NCBI GenBank assembly: GCA_025201805.1
Contig: MU619279.1
Location: forward strand, 62,001-126,000
Source: Parasitella parasitica NRRL 2501
Taxonomy: Eukaryota; Fungi; Mucoromycota
DNA: 64,000 nucleotides
Direction of reading: 5' to 3'
Part shown: positions 1-15,476 of the stretch, piece after piece
Numbering within the stretch: the first letter of the stretch is position 1
Layout of the letters: every line of letters begins with the position of its first letter
Translations under genes and position numbers: made by a program
Notes under the pieces: generated by a model
The model's input: the letters and a program-made list of their open reading frames with translations, nothing else
Told to the model about the DNA's origin: nothing
The model's database searches: none

Positions 1-33
1 TTAGGTGCTCATTTATTTTGATTTTTTTTTTAG

Positions 34-1117
34 TGCCAAAGATGCAGGTATCACAGTTATGAACGAAATTGGTCTTGACCCTGGAATTGATCATCTCTAT
101 GCGGTCAAGACTATTGAGGAAGTCCATGAGCAAGGTGGCAAGGTAAGCAATTGCCATACGTAAATAAGAAAAATGGTGAGTAACCTCAAGTTCAATTTAA
201 TGTTGTAGCTTAAAGAGTTCATCTCCTTCTGTGGTGGCCTTCCCGCTCCTGAGGACTCCAACAACCCCTTTGGTTACAAATTCTCTTGGTCCGCTCGTGG
301 TGTCTTGTTGGCCTTGAAGAATACTGCCAAGTATCTCGAAAAGGGTAAGGTTGTTGAAGTTTCTGGTACTGCCCTCATGGACTCTGCAAAAAAGCTGAAC
401 ACGGGCTATCCTGGTTTCGCTTTTGTTGGTTACGGTAACCGTGATTCTACTCCTTATGATAAACGCTATAACATTCCTGAGGCCGAGACTATCATCCGTG
501 GCACTATGCGTTATGATGGTTTCTGTCAATTCGTCAAAGCCCTTGTTATTCTTGGATTCTTGAACGAAGAAGAGGAGGCTCATTTGGCTGCTGATGCTCA
601 AGACATTACCTGGAGCCAAGTTATTGCCAAGACTGTTGGAATCGACAGCAACTCTGAACAAGACTTGAAGGCTGAAATTATCAAGAAGTGTGATCTCGAA
701 AACAATGACCGAAAGGATCAAATTTTGGATGGTATGCGTTGGTTAGGCTTCTTTAGCAACTCCAAAGCGCACCGTCGTGGTTCCCTGCTCGATACTTTAT
801 GTGCCACCCTTGAAGAAAAGATGCAATATAATGACAATGAGCGCGATTTGGTCTTTTTGCAACATCGTTTCGAAATCGAACTCAAGGATGGTTCACACCA
901 AACTCGTACCTCCACTTTGGTTGAATACGGTAAAGTCGGTGGCTACTCTGCAATGGCAAAGACTGTTGGTGTTCCTTGCGGCATTGCCACTCAACTTATT
1001 CTGGATGGCAAGTTGACTGCCACCGGTGTTTTAGCTCCTATGTCTAGTGAGATCAATAACCCTATCATTGAATTACTAGAACAAGAGGGTATTGGAATGA
1101 TTGAAGAAATCCTTTAA
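34..1117 (+). CDS. LYS9: Saccharopine dehydrogenase (NADP+, L-glutamate-forming), 3' part; the gene starts before the window
   Basis: Exon 34-142 encodes AKDAGITVMNEIGLDPGIDHLYA. After a GT-AG intron (143-208) it continues with [36 protein letters not shown] and YSAMAKTVGVPCGIA, all characteristic of this family. Confidence 0.95.
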
Positions 1118-1576
1118 AACTAATTGTATAAAATTGATATATATTTGCATATATTATTTGAATGAATCAAAAAAGAAAAACTATCTGTGTTTGCCTGGAA
1201 TATGCTTTTATGCATACCAAAAGGGTATTTCGTGGCCTTTTTTTTGTGCGGGTTCTATTTCACTAGGTGCTGATTGTTTCACAAAATATTTAAGGAATTA
1301 TTGTCTGCCATTATTGTAAGGTTTCCCACTGTTGCTTGCTTTTATAGAGTCAAATCAAACAACCCTCTTCAGATAAAATCTATGACTTCATGATAGCAAA
1401 GTTCAACAGACATCATTATATTTGGACAACGGTGTTGCCATACAATTAGCTTTACGAATTTTTATTAAATTTAGCGAGAATCAGACTAAAAAAACTATGC
1501 TGATAAAATCTCTACTTGAGGAAGGGATTTTTTTTTTTTTTTTTTACATGAATCTATTTTTTTATACAGTGTTATT

Positions 1577-3683
<2,107 letters not shown>

Positions 3684-3973
3684 TCATTGCGAGCGATCCA
3701 GTTATCTGTCAAAAGGTTGCGTAGCAACAGCTGTTGATTTACTTCAGTTCAATTTGCATTTACTTTTACATTTTTATGAATGCCTAGGTCAATTGAGCAT
3801 GTTTCACATACAGGGTGTGCGTGTGTGATAATAATTTGGGTTAGGTTTCTTCTTGTTTGTCTCTCAAATTTAAAGCCATGACATATTCACTAAATCATCG
3901 AATTTAAATGGGAATTTCGATGTAGGCTTTAGACTTTTTCCTTCTTCTTTCTCATAAAAAACATAAATGAATC

Positions 3974-4941
3974 ATGTTAGTGGGAGATTGCATATCATCA
4001 CCTTTTCTTAATGCAGAGCTTGTAAACTCTCCTAGCCAATACTCGAAATTGGATAGCTATGATCAGAAACAAGAGTTGGAAAACAACTTCTGCAGAGATT
4101 TTGCATGCTGTGGGTTGCAATTGAACAATTTGCATCAGCTGTTAGAGCATTACGAAGAGTATCATCTTGCTCGCAACAGTAACAGCAGTTGCAGTGAAGA
4201 TGAAGAGAGAGACCAGCTGCAGCTGAGATCAATGATCCCTCTTGACTTATTTCAGGCTGGATCATTCATGCAAAATAGCTGCACACCTCCTCCAAAGAAG
4301 CATTTAACGATTGCCGATCTAAACATGCTGGAAAACGCACAGAAATACGCACCAGAAGCCAAGATGCAAACTGTAGGTACTATAGTGGATGGACTACATA
4401 CGCCTAGCTTAAGTCCGAGTGAAAGCGCAGTAGCTTATGGAAGCCAATTCTTGGATCAAGAAGCTACTACGCAAAAGTCCAAGAGCAGCAATAATGGTTA
4501 GCACTAAATGATACTGACAGCTGCGGCAATGTGTCTAACATGGTAGTAGATACAGTTGAAAAACCATATCGATGCCTGGTTGAAGACTGTGATAAAGCAT
4601 ACAAGAATGCCAATGGTCTCAAATACCATAGGTTACATGGGCATTGTCCTCCTTCTGAAAGCAGCGATGCTTTAGACGCTAATAAACCTTATATTTGTTC
4701 GCTGGGAAACTGTAGGAAACGATACAAGAATCTAAATGGACTCAAGTATCATATGCAGCACACTCATATGATCAAAATCCTCAATCTCACTTCAGACATG
4801 TTTGAGAAGAATGAACTTGTAACTACCAATACTACTACTCTTTCACAACAAGCAGACGGACCAACAACCCATCATGGCCTTAAAAGAAAATTATCATTCT
4901 CATCATTATCATCCGCATCTTCATATCAAAGTTGCTTATAA
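3974..4941 (+). CDS. SFP1-like C2H2 zinc-finger transcription factor; the reading frame is discontinuous near 4490-4520
   Basis: The N-terminal motif ELENNFCRDFACCGLQLNNLHQLLEHYEEYH and the C-terminal fingers KPYRCLVEDCDKAYKNANGLKYH and KPYICSLGNCRKRYKNLNGLKYH give the Sfp1/JAZF1 architecture. The two halves are in different frames. Confidence 0.8.
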
Positions 4942-5097
4942 TAACTGTATTATTCTGTATATAATATAAATAGATATATATGTAAAGACGTGTTTAAAAT
5001 ATATAGCATTTCAAATTGGAGAACGTTCTTTGGTTTTGCTATATCTAAGAATACGGTGTGGTAAATGTCCACATGATGAACAAAGGATTTATTGGAT

Positions 5098-6855
5098 TCA
5101 AAAAGTGTTTATCATGTAATGGAATGTAATGGCGCTTATGGCGATAAATGATATAACGGCTAAATGTAAATCAATATCCATGGCTTTCAATTTGGACATT
5201 TTCCTTGAAGTCTCATAGCGATGAGCAGAAATCCCATTTTCAGCTACAAACATATGCTCCTCTGCAAGATCAATGAATTAGCGTATGCACAAACTATGAT
5301 ACGTTGAAACTTACCAATCAAATCTGCAGCGTAAGATTTTCTACGGTGTCCAAATTGAGCCAAAATTTTCATGCGTGTTAAATTCCTAGCTACATGGCCA
5401 TCTGCGTCAAACAAAAGCTCGTCAAGTTGAGTTTTGAGCAAATCAAAAGTGCAGCCGTCCCGTTCGTGCACACGGGCCACACCTGCTACTGACAGAGCAC
5501 GGCCAACAAGCTTTTGATCGCCAACGTAAGGATGGACCAAAAGAGGCACTCCGTGAAAGGTTGCTTCATTTGCACTGGTTGCTCCTCCATGGCTTACAAA
5601 CAATGCTGTAGACGGATGTCCTAGAACAGAGAATTGGCTAGCCCATGAGGGCATGAATACATCCTGGGGAAGGCTATTCTCAAATAGGGGCGCTGGAAAT
5701 TCAAAGGAAGAGGCTGTTGTTTTGAGGTTCCACACTGTATTAGGATTCTTGGACTCAAACCTAGACACTTGCTCCTTGAGTCCAACCCAAATGACACCGT
5801 CCAGCTGCTTACGTTCAATCTGGTCAAGTAGGGAGCTCAACAAAAGCTCGATTTCATACTTGAATGGTAACACAATTTGGCCAAAAGCCACGTAGGCAAC
5901 TTTCGAGTGTGCATCCAAGAATTCTCTCTCTTCAGGGCTCAGTTGCTTCTGTTTAGAGCTTACAATGGGGCCCACCATGTGAGTCAAAGGGCCCAAGTTC
6001 TGTGAAGGGGTAAATCCGAAATAAGAGTTGATCAGCTTGAGCGCATTGTCCCATTGCTTGAATCGATTCAAGCCCAAAGCAGGAATGCCAAATTGTTGAC
6101 GAAGCTGGTCAAGTTCTCTCAGCTCTGGGTAAAGATGGTAAAGCGTCTTTACAAAATCAACGTATTTATGGTGGAATCTCTGCCACAAGGTCATGTTTTC
6201 AGATGTGGCATGCTCTGTTGTTCCCAAACCATTCATGTATGGCACACTGATGTCTTGGTGAAGAATGCCCGTGCATGTGATGGCAAAAGGCTTGTTGAAT
6301 TGGACAGCAGTATCAATGCAAGGGTCATCGAATGCATCACATATAAAGAAATCAGGCTCGATGCTGAGATTTTGGCGATAAAATCTCATTTCATCAGTGT
6401 AAGCACTGTTCAAAAGCCTGCGAATAGTTTTAGCGATGGTATAGAATGGCATGTCAAGTAGATCGTCTACAATGGTTGCAGGGTAAATAGTGCGGCCAGC
6501 AGAAACTGCTTTGATATTAAGATATGAGTCTGCAAGATGAAGCTGGTCATCTCTTGTTACGTAAGTCAAGTTGTGGCCACGATCAGCGAGGACACTGCCT
6601 ATCTCCAGTACCCATCTAGCATGCTACCAGCGGTTTTAATGACTACAACAACATATGCATACGTTTCCAACTTACTGATGAACCACCTATGGACGTTGCT
6701 ATAACAATATTCTTGGGCTGACGATCAAAAGTTACGTCTTGCTCGTTCAGGTAGTAGTAGGTTGCATCATTCACAACTGGAACGGTGATTTCAGCATTTG
6801 AGCAGGCTGCAAAGCTCAATGCCAATGCAAGTGTAACTGCAGTTGAAGGCAACAT
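5098..6855 (-). CDS. GT1 UDP-glycosyltransferase with signal peptide and C-terminal hydrophobic anchor, 3 exons
   Basis: Signal peptide MLPSTAVTLALALSFAAC. GGSS|H with the catalytic His spans intron 6624-6675. The UGT signature is WASQFSVLGHPSTALFVSHGGATSANEATFHGVPLLVHPYVGDQ. The last exon encodes LHLAVISFIAISAITFHYMI. Confidence 0.9.
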
Positions 6856-8056
6856 TAGGATCAGATCGTTATTCTGTAACCTTGCCTTATGCTGCCCAAT
6901 TTATATGTTCTCGGGAATAGCAAAAGGCATAAAGTTTATCGTTATGCCGCTCAATACAAAGTTTATCAAGACTAAGGAAGAAGGATAGGGAGGCTTTATC
7001 ATTAGGAAATAGGCTGGAGTTTTATTTACAAGTTTCTTTTGGCTTCTCTTTGATCAATCTTCCTCTGTCTTGCTCTTGACACGAGCTCAAATAATGATTT
7101 TCCATTTTGTGCCCTCGGATTGTCTCTTTCGTTTAAAAAGTATGCCAAAGTTCCAACTGTGAGCGAAAATACAATATCGCCAGACCTTGCATAAAGCTAT
7201 TAATCTGAATTTCGACTGTAAATACTACACACAAGCCTTACCTTGAGATGAGATACTGGTATTTAATAGGGGCAGACATCGTTTGCTTGAGCGATACAAG
7301 GAGAAAGGATACTTTATAAAATAACCCGGGGTTTGCAACATTTGAAAGCGGGTGAGGGAGGGGGGTGCAAATTAAGCCACGAATAACAGTGCCTTGATGC
7401 AGTTCTCGGAATTTTCAAAGCGAAACTACAATTCAATGTTTACTCGATGCCGAACTAAAGGATTGGTAAAGCTGGTTTTCTTTATACTGATTGTGGTCAA
7501 ATACAATTAGTATGGTGAATTTACTACTGAATGGAGTTATATCTCTTCTGGGAAATTTCAGTCATGTACAAACGAATCGTGTTATCGAGCCATTAAATAT
7601 TGATCGAATAGAAACAATTGGCAAACGCTTGTACTAATATACAGAAATTTGAGTTTTACATGAACCACTCATTCATCCAAATATTTATAAATTTTGCAGA
7701 ATTTTGCCATTCTAAGTTTGCGTTCACTATTTCTCAAAATAAATAGGCAAGATGAACATCTGTAGCTGTAAATGTACTTGCACAACAAATCAGCAATTCA
7801 AGGAAGGCTCGCTTGATTCGATAGGCAAACCCAAAGATCATGAGATACCCGGTTAGATTCGAATCCTGAAAGCTCCAATGCCGACTGTATAGTATTGATT
7901 GCTTCCTAAAATACTGTACCTTATCTTGTCGTACAAACCAATGCCTTTGCATAGTTTGCTTCGTGACTGAAAAGATCGAGTGGCGGATTCATTTCTTGTG
8001 CTGTCAAATGTTCGAAAACTTTTTCCGTTCTTTTTTTTTTCTTCAACTTATAGAAA

Positions 8057-9439
8057 ATGTCTGAACAACAAATTATTGCTCCATCCTCAGGTCTCTTCAC
8101 TTGCATTTCATGCCAAGTAGCTTTTCAATCGGCTGATGGTCAAAGGAACCATTACAGATCAGACTGGCACAGATACAATCTGAAGAGAAAAGTTGTGAGT
8201 CTCCCTCCTGTCACATCCGAGCAATTTAACAGTAAAACTGAAGGTTAGTATAAGCAGGGGCTGTTTTTCTTTCCATGACAGCATCTGACAGTGTGCAGCC
8301 CGTGATACAAAGGAAGCTGAAACCAAAAAGATTGTCGAGACAACAAACAACTACTGTCAGACATGTCGCAAGACATTTGGATCCAACAATCAGTATGACA
8401 ACCATATGCAGTCAAAGAAACACAAGGAAGTCGCTGCCAAACAGGCTTTGAAGCAGGAAGAGTTCAAGCAAGAAAAACAAGTTCCAGCAAATATCGAGAA
8501 ACAAGTAGACCTGAGAATCACAGAGGAAACCACCGAAGAAGAGATGCTGGCTATGATTGATGAAAAGATCAAGACTGCACCTCGTCTTGAAGAAACAGAC
8601 TGCCTCTTTTGTTCACACAAAGCAGACTCATTTGAAGACAACATGACACACATGACCAACGTACACAGTCTTTTCATACCTGATATTGAGTTTTTGGTTG
8701 ACCTGAGGGGCTTGATTCGCTATTTGGGCGAGAAAATCACAGTTGGTAACGTTTGTATCTTTTGTAATGGTAAGGGCAGAGGCATGAGATCAGTGGATGC
8801 TGTTAGAAAACACATGGTAAGTCTGGCAAGGGTGAGACGAGATTTGTCGGATAATCTAATTCTTTGGAAATAGAGCGACAAGGGCCATTGTAAAATTGCG
8901 TATGAAGAGGACGACGATGCTGCTGAATTAGTTGATTTCTACGACTTTTCATCTTCTTATCCTCAAATCGAAGGTGATGAACGAGAAGTGGACATCGACG
9001 CAGAATTAGGACAACTCACATCAGCATTGACATTGGCCGACGATGAAATGTCGTTAGTGTTACCGAATGGATCTGTCGTAGGAAATCGTCACATGAAGCG
9101 TTACTATGACCAAAAGTTCAAGCCAGAGGAGGTATGATACAACTGAACAAAAGCAAAGGCAAAGAGTAAAAGTAAATATACTAATAATGGGGCTGTTTTA
9201 AATCTTAGACACGGGATTCCATTCTCATCAACAAGCTCATCGGCCAATACTCTGAATCACCTGCTTTTGAATCCATGCGCAACTCGAACAACAACAACAG
9301 ACTATTGCTTACTAATGGAAGACACGGTATGCGCACTACAGAAGCATTCAAGGATCTCCGCACAAGACATGAATACACCACAAAGGTCGGTATGAATCAA
9401 AACAGACTGCAAAAGCATTTCAGAATCCAAATCCTCTAG
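8057..9439 (+). CDS. REI1: Cytoplasmic pre-60S maturation factor Rei1/ZNF622, 4 exons
   Basis: FTCISCQVAF...QRNHYRSDWHRYNLKRKV, CLFCSH...HMTNVHSLFIPD and KHM|SDKGHCKIAY, with the C-terminus NRLQKHFRIQIL. Confidence 0.95.
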
Positions 9440-10149
9440 TTGTTTTCTCCAATTTGTATAATGAATCACATTTTAAATGAGCTGCACCATTTGCGCAACC
9501 AACATTGTGTCAAACGTCGATCTTTTTTTTTTATTGCACAATAATGCAATTTAATTTATTGATGCTGACACTTGAAAACATTGATAATCTCTTGTTTACA
9601 ATTCTTGAAGTTTGAAAGAATATGTTCACCTACAGAATAATCAAAAAGGGATTAAAGCCTTGTTCTCATTATAGAACCATTTATCTCTCTACTTTCAAGG
9701 TGAAGTTCTTATGCCTCTTCTTGCGAGTGAAATTACAGGAAATGTAAACCCTTCTGTTGTAACAAAACTAAAAAAGTAAATGCTACTGTAAAAAAAGACA
9801 ATCTTCGCATAATACGACAGCATTGAAGTATGTGACGAACTCCGGGGGGGGGGCAATATTACAGGATTCAGCAGTACAAATCCAGGATCTAGATATGCAA
9901 TCAAAACAACCTGAAGGTTCGTTATCCCCATGTAGCAGGAGTGGAGAACACAAACGCAGATATTCTCAGCCGAGCGAATCAACCTCTGTACGAACCAGCA
10001 ATTCCGAAAACTTTCTACAACCTGTTGAAGCGACAATGGGGAAGAGGATGGAAGATCGACGCCCTTGCGGCCTCACACAACAATCAACTCAAACAATACT
10101 GAAGTATGAACAACAACCCATTTGCAAACCGGATAGACGCATTCCAACA

Positions 10150-10440
10150 GAGTTGGACGAGGAACAAACTTTAGATGTTTCCGCCGTAGCGACTCATTTT
10201 TCACCTTCCTGTCCGCTGTGCCCCGCTCCATGCACGGAAGATCTCAACCATTTTTTCTTTATCTGCCCAACAAAACTCTCTGTATGGCGCAATACTACCA
10301 ATACCTACCTCTCCCATATACCGGCTCACCGATGAGGCTCTCCTCCAACCCTCACAAACCTTACAAACCCTGTCACTGGCTGAGGCAAAATTGCCACTTT
10401 TTACAAATATAGATAAGAGCATCATTTATAGCAAATATAA
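10150..10440 (+). mobile_element. Degraded non-LTR retrotransposon fragment (zf-RVT-type CCHC knuckle)
   Basis: SPSCPLCPAPCTEDLNHFFFICPTKLSVW matches the CxxC...E...H....CP....W motif found downstream of the RT domain in L1-type elements. No RT domain is present. Confidence 0.65.
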
Positions 10441-11082
10441 AAGCTTTTTCAATTCATGATAACGTCCCACTTTTCCTCAAATAGCCTAAGCATCATTTTG
10501 ACAAAAAGGAGTGCTGTAGCCCTGAACATTGGTATGTTGAAAATAAACATTTATGATGTAGGGCAACTACATATAGCGGATCAGCAAAGTGATTATTATC
10601 ATTGAATTTATGATAATGATTGGATCAATACGGAAGAGCGAGTAATCAAATTTCGTTTATATACATGTGAAACCTACGCTGTTGTATTTTTCGAAACCAA
10701 AGCGAATTAATAATTGGTAGCAACATATTTGGGTTACACAATCACCTAGCGTGTTCACCAAGGCAAAGCGTAAAGGCGATGCAATTTCTTATGCTGTTGT
10801 TATCAAGAGATGGCCAAAACTGGTGGTCAAAAATTGTGTACTTGAAAAAAATTAGGGAATCGAAACAATGTGCGTTTCGTATACATGCGATTGATTACAG
10901 GATCAGACATCTCTATTAATGTTTACAAGAAAATAACCGGCTAAATAATCTACTTCTTGTCTAAAACGTTTAAAGCGGATCTTCTCAATATATTTTTTAG
11001 AAACGGATCATTATATAAATGTTTTGAATTTTTTCATTCTGTCTGTTTTCTTGCTCTTTTATCTACTCGGTATAGAAAACAA

Positions 11083-12756
11083 ATGGAAAAATCAAGTGAG
11101 CCGCATAACGAAATTTTTGCTGAAAATGTTGACCGATTATCGCAAAGATCTACTCTGACTTACGACGACGCAAATGATTTGACATTGACACCCTACAACA
11201 ACCAAAATCCTCAGGCTTCTGTTGATCTCGAGAAAATATCCACTGTCAAAACTGAAAAATATGATGCTGAAGCAGGTCAATTATCCCCTCTAGAGACTCG
11301 CAAAACTAGTAAATATCTGCTGCCCGGATTTATGTAGATCAATCATGAACACTAACAATGCTACCTCCATTTAGATGTCACTATCGCAAGTATAATTGAA
11401 ATGCCTAATGATGCCTTTTATGATGGTATTCCAGATGGCGGTTATGGGTGGTAAATGTCATTAATAGATAAGAAAATTTGAGGCTCATCATTAATCTGAT
11501 CTGATCTGTAGGGTTGTAGCTGTTGTTGGCTTTCTAATTAACTTTGTTATGTTTGGCACGGCTTCTATTTGGGGTAAACTTTCTATTCCATTCCGGTTAA
11601 ATGTTTAACTGACTCATCTTCTCAAATCAACAACATAGGCGTGTTCTCGAATGCGTATGCTACCACGATTCTCAAAGACAAAGCAACTACCATTGAATTA
11701 ATGGGTGTTGGCTCCACTTTGATTGTGTGCCTGAATTTATTCACGCCCGTCAGTCCATTGCTGGCTCCTTTGGGTGCGCGCCTTACTATGGTTATTGGCA
11801 GTGTTCTCATGTCGCTAGGTATCATTTTAGCTGGATTCAGCACAGAGGTGTGGCATCTCTATATGACTCAAGGCGTCTTGTTTGGAATCGGTTCTTCTTT
11901 GGTGTACATGTCTATCGTTGCTGTCATCCCTCAATGGTTCACTACCAAACGAGGCACTGCTATGGGCATTAGTTCTGCTGGATCTGGCTTTGGTGGTTTA
12001 GCTCTTAGCCCCATGGTAACCTCTCTCGTTGAGAAATATGGCCTTCCTTGGGCTTATCGAATTGTGGGCCTAATGGCATTTGGCATTTGCTTCATTGCAT
12101 CTTTGCTGATTCGCACACGTTTACCTCCAGGACATAAAAAGCAGCCTATTCAGTCGCCTATCAAGCTTTCCATGCTGAAAGATGTTGACTTTGTCGTAAT
12201 GCTATGCGGTGTTGTTATTGCCCTTACTGGCTATCTGATTCCTTTGTTCTATTTGCCAAAGTACTGCTCAACGTATGGCATTAGTCAAGCGGACTCATCC
12301 AATATTGTTGGCGTTGCATGCGCTATGAACGCAATAGGTCGTCTAGTTCTCGGCTACTTTGCTGACCGCATTGGCCGCCTGAATATGTACGTATTTGCGT
12401 CTACTTTTGCTGGTCTTATTTGCATGCTGTTGTGGCCGTTTGCTAAAACATACGGCTCGCTGATGGCCTTTGCTGTTCTTTTTGGGTTTACTTGTGGTAT
12501 CTACTACGCCCTTGCACCTCCAATCACAGCAGCGGTTGTTGGCCCTGACAATATCTCATCTGGTTTATCGATTCTATTCATTGTCAGTGCCGTCGCAGCG
12601 ACAGGACCACCCATTGCGTCTGCAATTCAAGAAGCTACACCTGGCAATGGTTACATTGGTGTACAAATGTTTTCCGGAGCTGTGTACCTTTTTGGATCCC
12701 TTATTTGTGTACTTTTGAAGCTGAAAATGACAGGCTCACTTTTTTCTAATATGTAA
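11083..12756 (+). CDS. MFS monocarboxylate-transporter-like (MCT/MCH) permease, several short 5' exons
   Basis: PDGGYGW motif near 11431-11450, QWFTTKRGTAMG, GYFADRIGRLN and about 12 hydrophobic segments. Confidence 0.92.
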
Positions 12757-13049
12757 AACATTATATCCCCTAAATTCCTTTCTCTCTTCGTACATTCTAT
12801 GAGCCTTCATGATGGCCATTATTATACATCATACGTGTATGTAGAAACCACCTTACTACTAATTCTCTCCTATAACTTTATTATACCTTTTTATATATAT
12901 GATTGTACACGTTATACTACTATACATAAACAAATATTACGCCAATCCATAGTTTCACAGCATAAAAGTTTGATGTTCATCAGATTCTAGTACTTCTAAA
13001 GATTTGAAAAGCTTTTTCATTTTTCTTCTTCATTTTACTTTCACATAAA

Positions 13050-15476
13050 ATGTCTGATAGTGTACCTGGCTCTCCTGTGCCAACTGGCAATGTGTCTACT
13101 ACTGAGCGCACAAGACTTTTGAATACTTCTACCATGAGTTATAGTGTTCGCGAACAAGAAACTTCTACTGTGATTACCATGGGCACCTCGTCTGAAGAAA
13201 CCCATCGCCATTTCCTCAATGGCAGCGGGAATGCAGCGATTGCCACGACACGTCGTTTGTACAATAGTGTCGTCTCGGCTGGACAACCCGCTATTCCCAC
13301 CCATCAACTTACAGACAAGATTCAAGACATTTTAGTTTTTTCTGAGATCAAGAAAAAGCAACAGGAACGCGCCTCTATCGAGGAAAGAAAGCAAAAGAAG
13401 AAAGAAAAGCGAAGCCAAGGCGGCGACGCTGTGGTACCTGTTTCTAGCAGCAGCAGCAGCAGCAGCAGCAGTGATAGTGATAGCGACGCTGGCAGTACAC
13501 GTCAGTTGCTCAAGAAGAAGCTTAGCGAATGGTCCCTTGACGGCAGCAAGTCTTCTGATAATAACGATACTGGAAAGCGGTTGAGAAAGCGAGACTACGC
13601 AGTGGATGCTTTGAAATTGGCCACCGACAAATGGAAGACAAAGCATGGATGGGCAACAGGAAGTAATAACAGCTCTTCGGCAAGTCTGTTTGCCAACGGA
13701 AGTGCAACTGCCACAGCGTCAACCACTACATTGCTCAATAATGTCCATAACGGAGTCACTGGTGCAGCCAATATTACCATTGTAAAGCAGACAAAGAAGC
13801 AAGCAGAGTCAATCCCTTCTTCTGCTGAAAGTGTGTTTGACGTCGCCAAAAATGCCTCCGTTTGTGCCGTTTTGGCCTTGTTACACGAACGTCGGCAATC
13901 TTCCGGCCATTCGATGGAGACTGATGTATCACTGCAATCGCTTGCCTTGTCTACTTTGAACCTCGGTCTCAAAGTGCACGATAAATCGGCCTCTCATGTT
14001 GTCTTGTACGAAATGCTGACGACCAAATGGCTTAATGGCAAATCAGGTATGTGTTTTGTGCCTCCGATGTTGGCTTTGAAGCTTAACTAGTCCTTTATAT
14101 TAGCTCTGGATTGGGCTGTTGAGAATGACAGCCAACTGATCCTCAATGATGCTCGAGTTCAGCGGGTGATTGAGGTATGTATCTCTATTTATATATGTAC
14201 CACTTGTGTGTGAATATGCTGAAATTGGGTTAAATCAGGATCTCTGGCAGTCTGGTCCAAGCTGGCGTCATGATCCCACGCATCCAAGTAACATTTGGGT
14301 ACAAGGTTCAGGGGCAAAATCTGATGAAGAGCCTCCCAAGAAGAATTTTGCATGCTTTGTTATTTGTCGCACATTCGAGGACTTTTTGGCACGCTGGCCC
14401 AGTGCAAAATACCAAACTTGGCTTGCTTTTTTCTCTGCTTTAGTATACCTTGCTTTCCATTTAGCTACTGTCTCCAACGTCGAATATACGTCAGATACTC
14501 CCTTTGTTTTTGAATACATCTACTACTTCTTTGTTGTCTCTGATCTGCTCTTGGAGGCCTTCAAATTAGTATCACAGCCTTTTACATATCTCAAGAAAAT
14601 CTCGTCATACATTTCTCTGGTTACGGTTGGTCTCTTGGTGTCCTCGTTTATCATCCGATTCTTTACATTACTTGTCGTTGAAAGCATCGAAGATGAGTAT
14701 TATTTGCTCAACGTTTCTTTCACCCTGCTCATCTTGGCTACTCCCTTGATGTTTTTCCGTGTCTTTGCGACAACCACTGATCTGTGTTGGAGTACAGCAA
14801 AGACAAATTACGTTTTGCACCAATGTTTTGTAAACAGCCTTTGGGTCTTTGGTCTTGGTCTTTTCGTAATCATAGGTTTTTGGGTAGCCTTAGGTGCTTT
14901 GCAATTCAATGACATTCATCCACTTGCAATGCTGCGTTTATTGGTATTTGGTGCGCTTCAGTAAGTATTTGGAAAATTTCCCTACTACAGCCAACAAAAC
15001 TGCAAATACTAATCAAAAACATGCACTATAGTGCTCCCGAGATTGGCGACACTCTTTATTACCAGCCACAGACAGCTGGTTTATTGCTTGCTGTCTACCT
15101 CTTTTTGACAGTAGTAATCCTCGGGTCCCTGCTGACCGCTTCGTTCTTGAGCACAGTCTTGGAAATCAACTCTCGCATCGAAACCGTGAAGCGCAACTGG
15201 ATTATCAACCGTTGCCTCAAGTCAAATCCTGTATTAAATGCATTCATCCCAAGCCTTGTTATTGATTTGATATTTGGTGTCATCCGTTGGTTTGCCCGTG
15301 TGGTGTGTAAACGTCAATCTCCTGTTCTTTGGATTGAGAAAACACATCAAGTTTTGTGGTATATTATCTATTCTCCTGTCATCTTATTAGTTGGAATATA
15401 TGAATTGGTGACTACCTTGCTGTTCAGATGGAAGATGGTAACAAAAGCATTCCACCCAGATATTGTTGTAGTTTGA
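13050..15476 (+). CDS. Yvc1/TRPY-like TRP-family cation channel (divergent), 4 exons
   Basis: The spliced product contains ALDWAVEN...ILNDARVQRVIEDLWQSG (pre-S1-like), RWPSAKYQ and about six TM segments. The S6-like LLLAVYLFLTVVILGSLLTASF is followed by a further C-terminal hydrophobic segment. The N-terminus is long and Ser/Lys-rich. Confidence 0.6.

Noticed and set aside
7800-7880. tRNA-like TTCGAATCC...CCA segment upstream of REI1
   Set aside because: The T-stem is mismatched, and no matching acceptor stem, D-arm or anticodon arm could be built.
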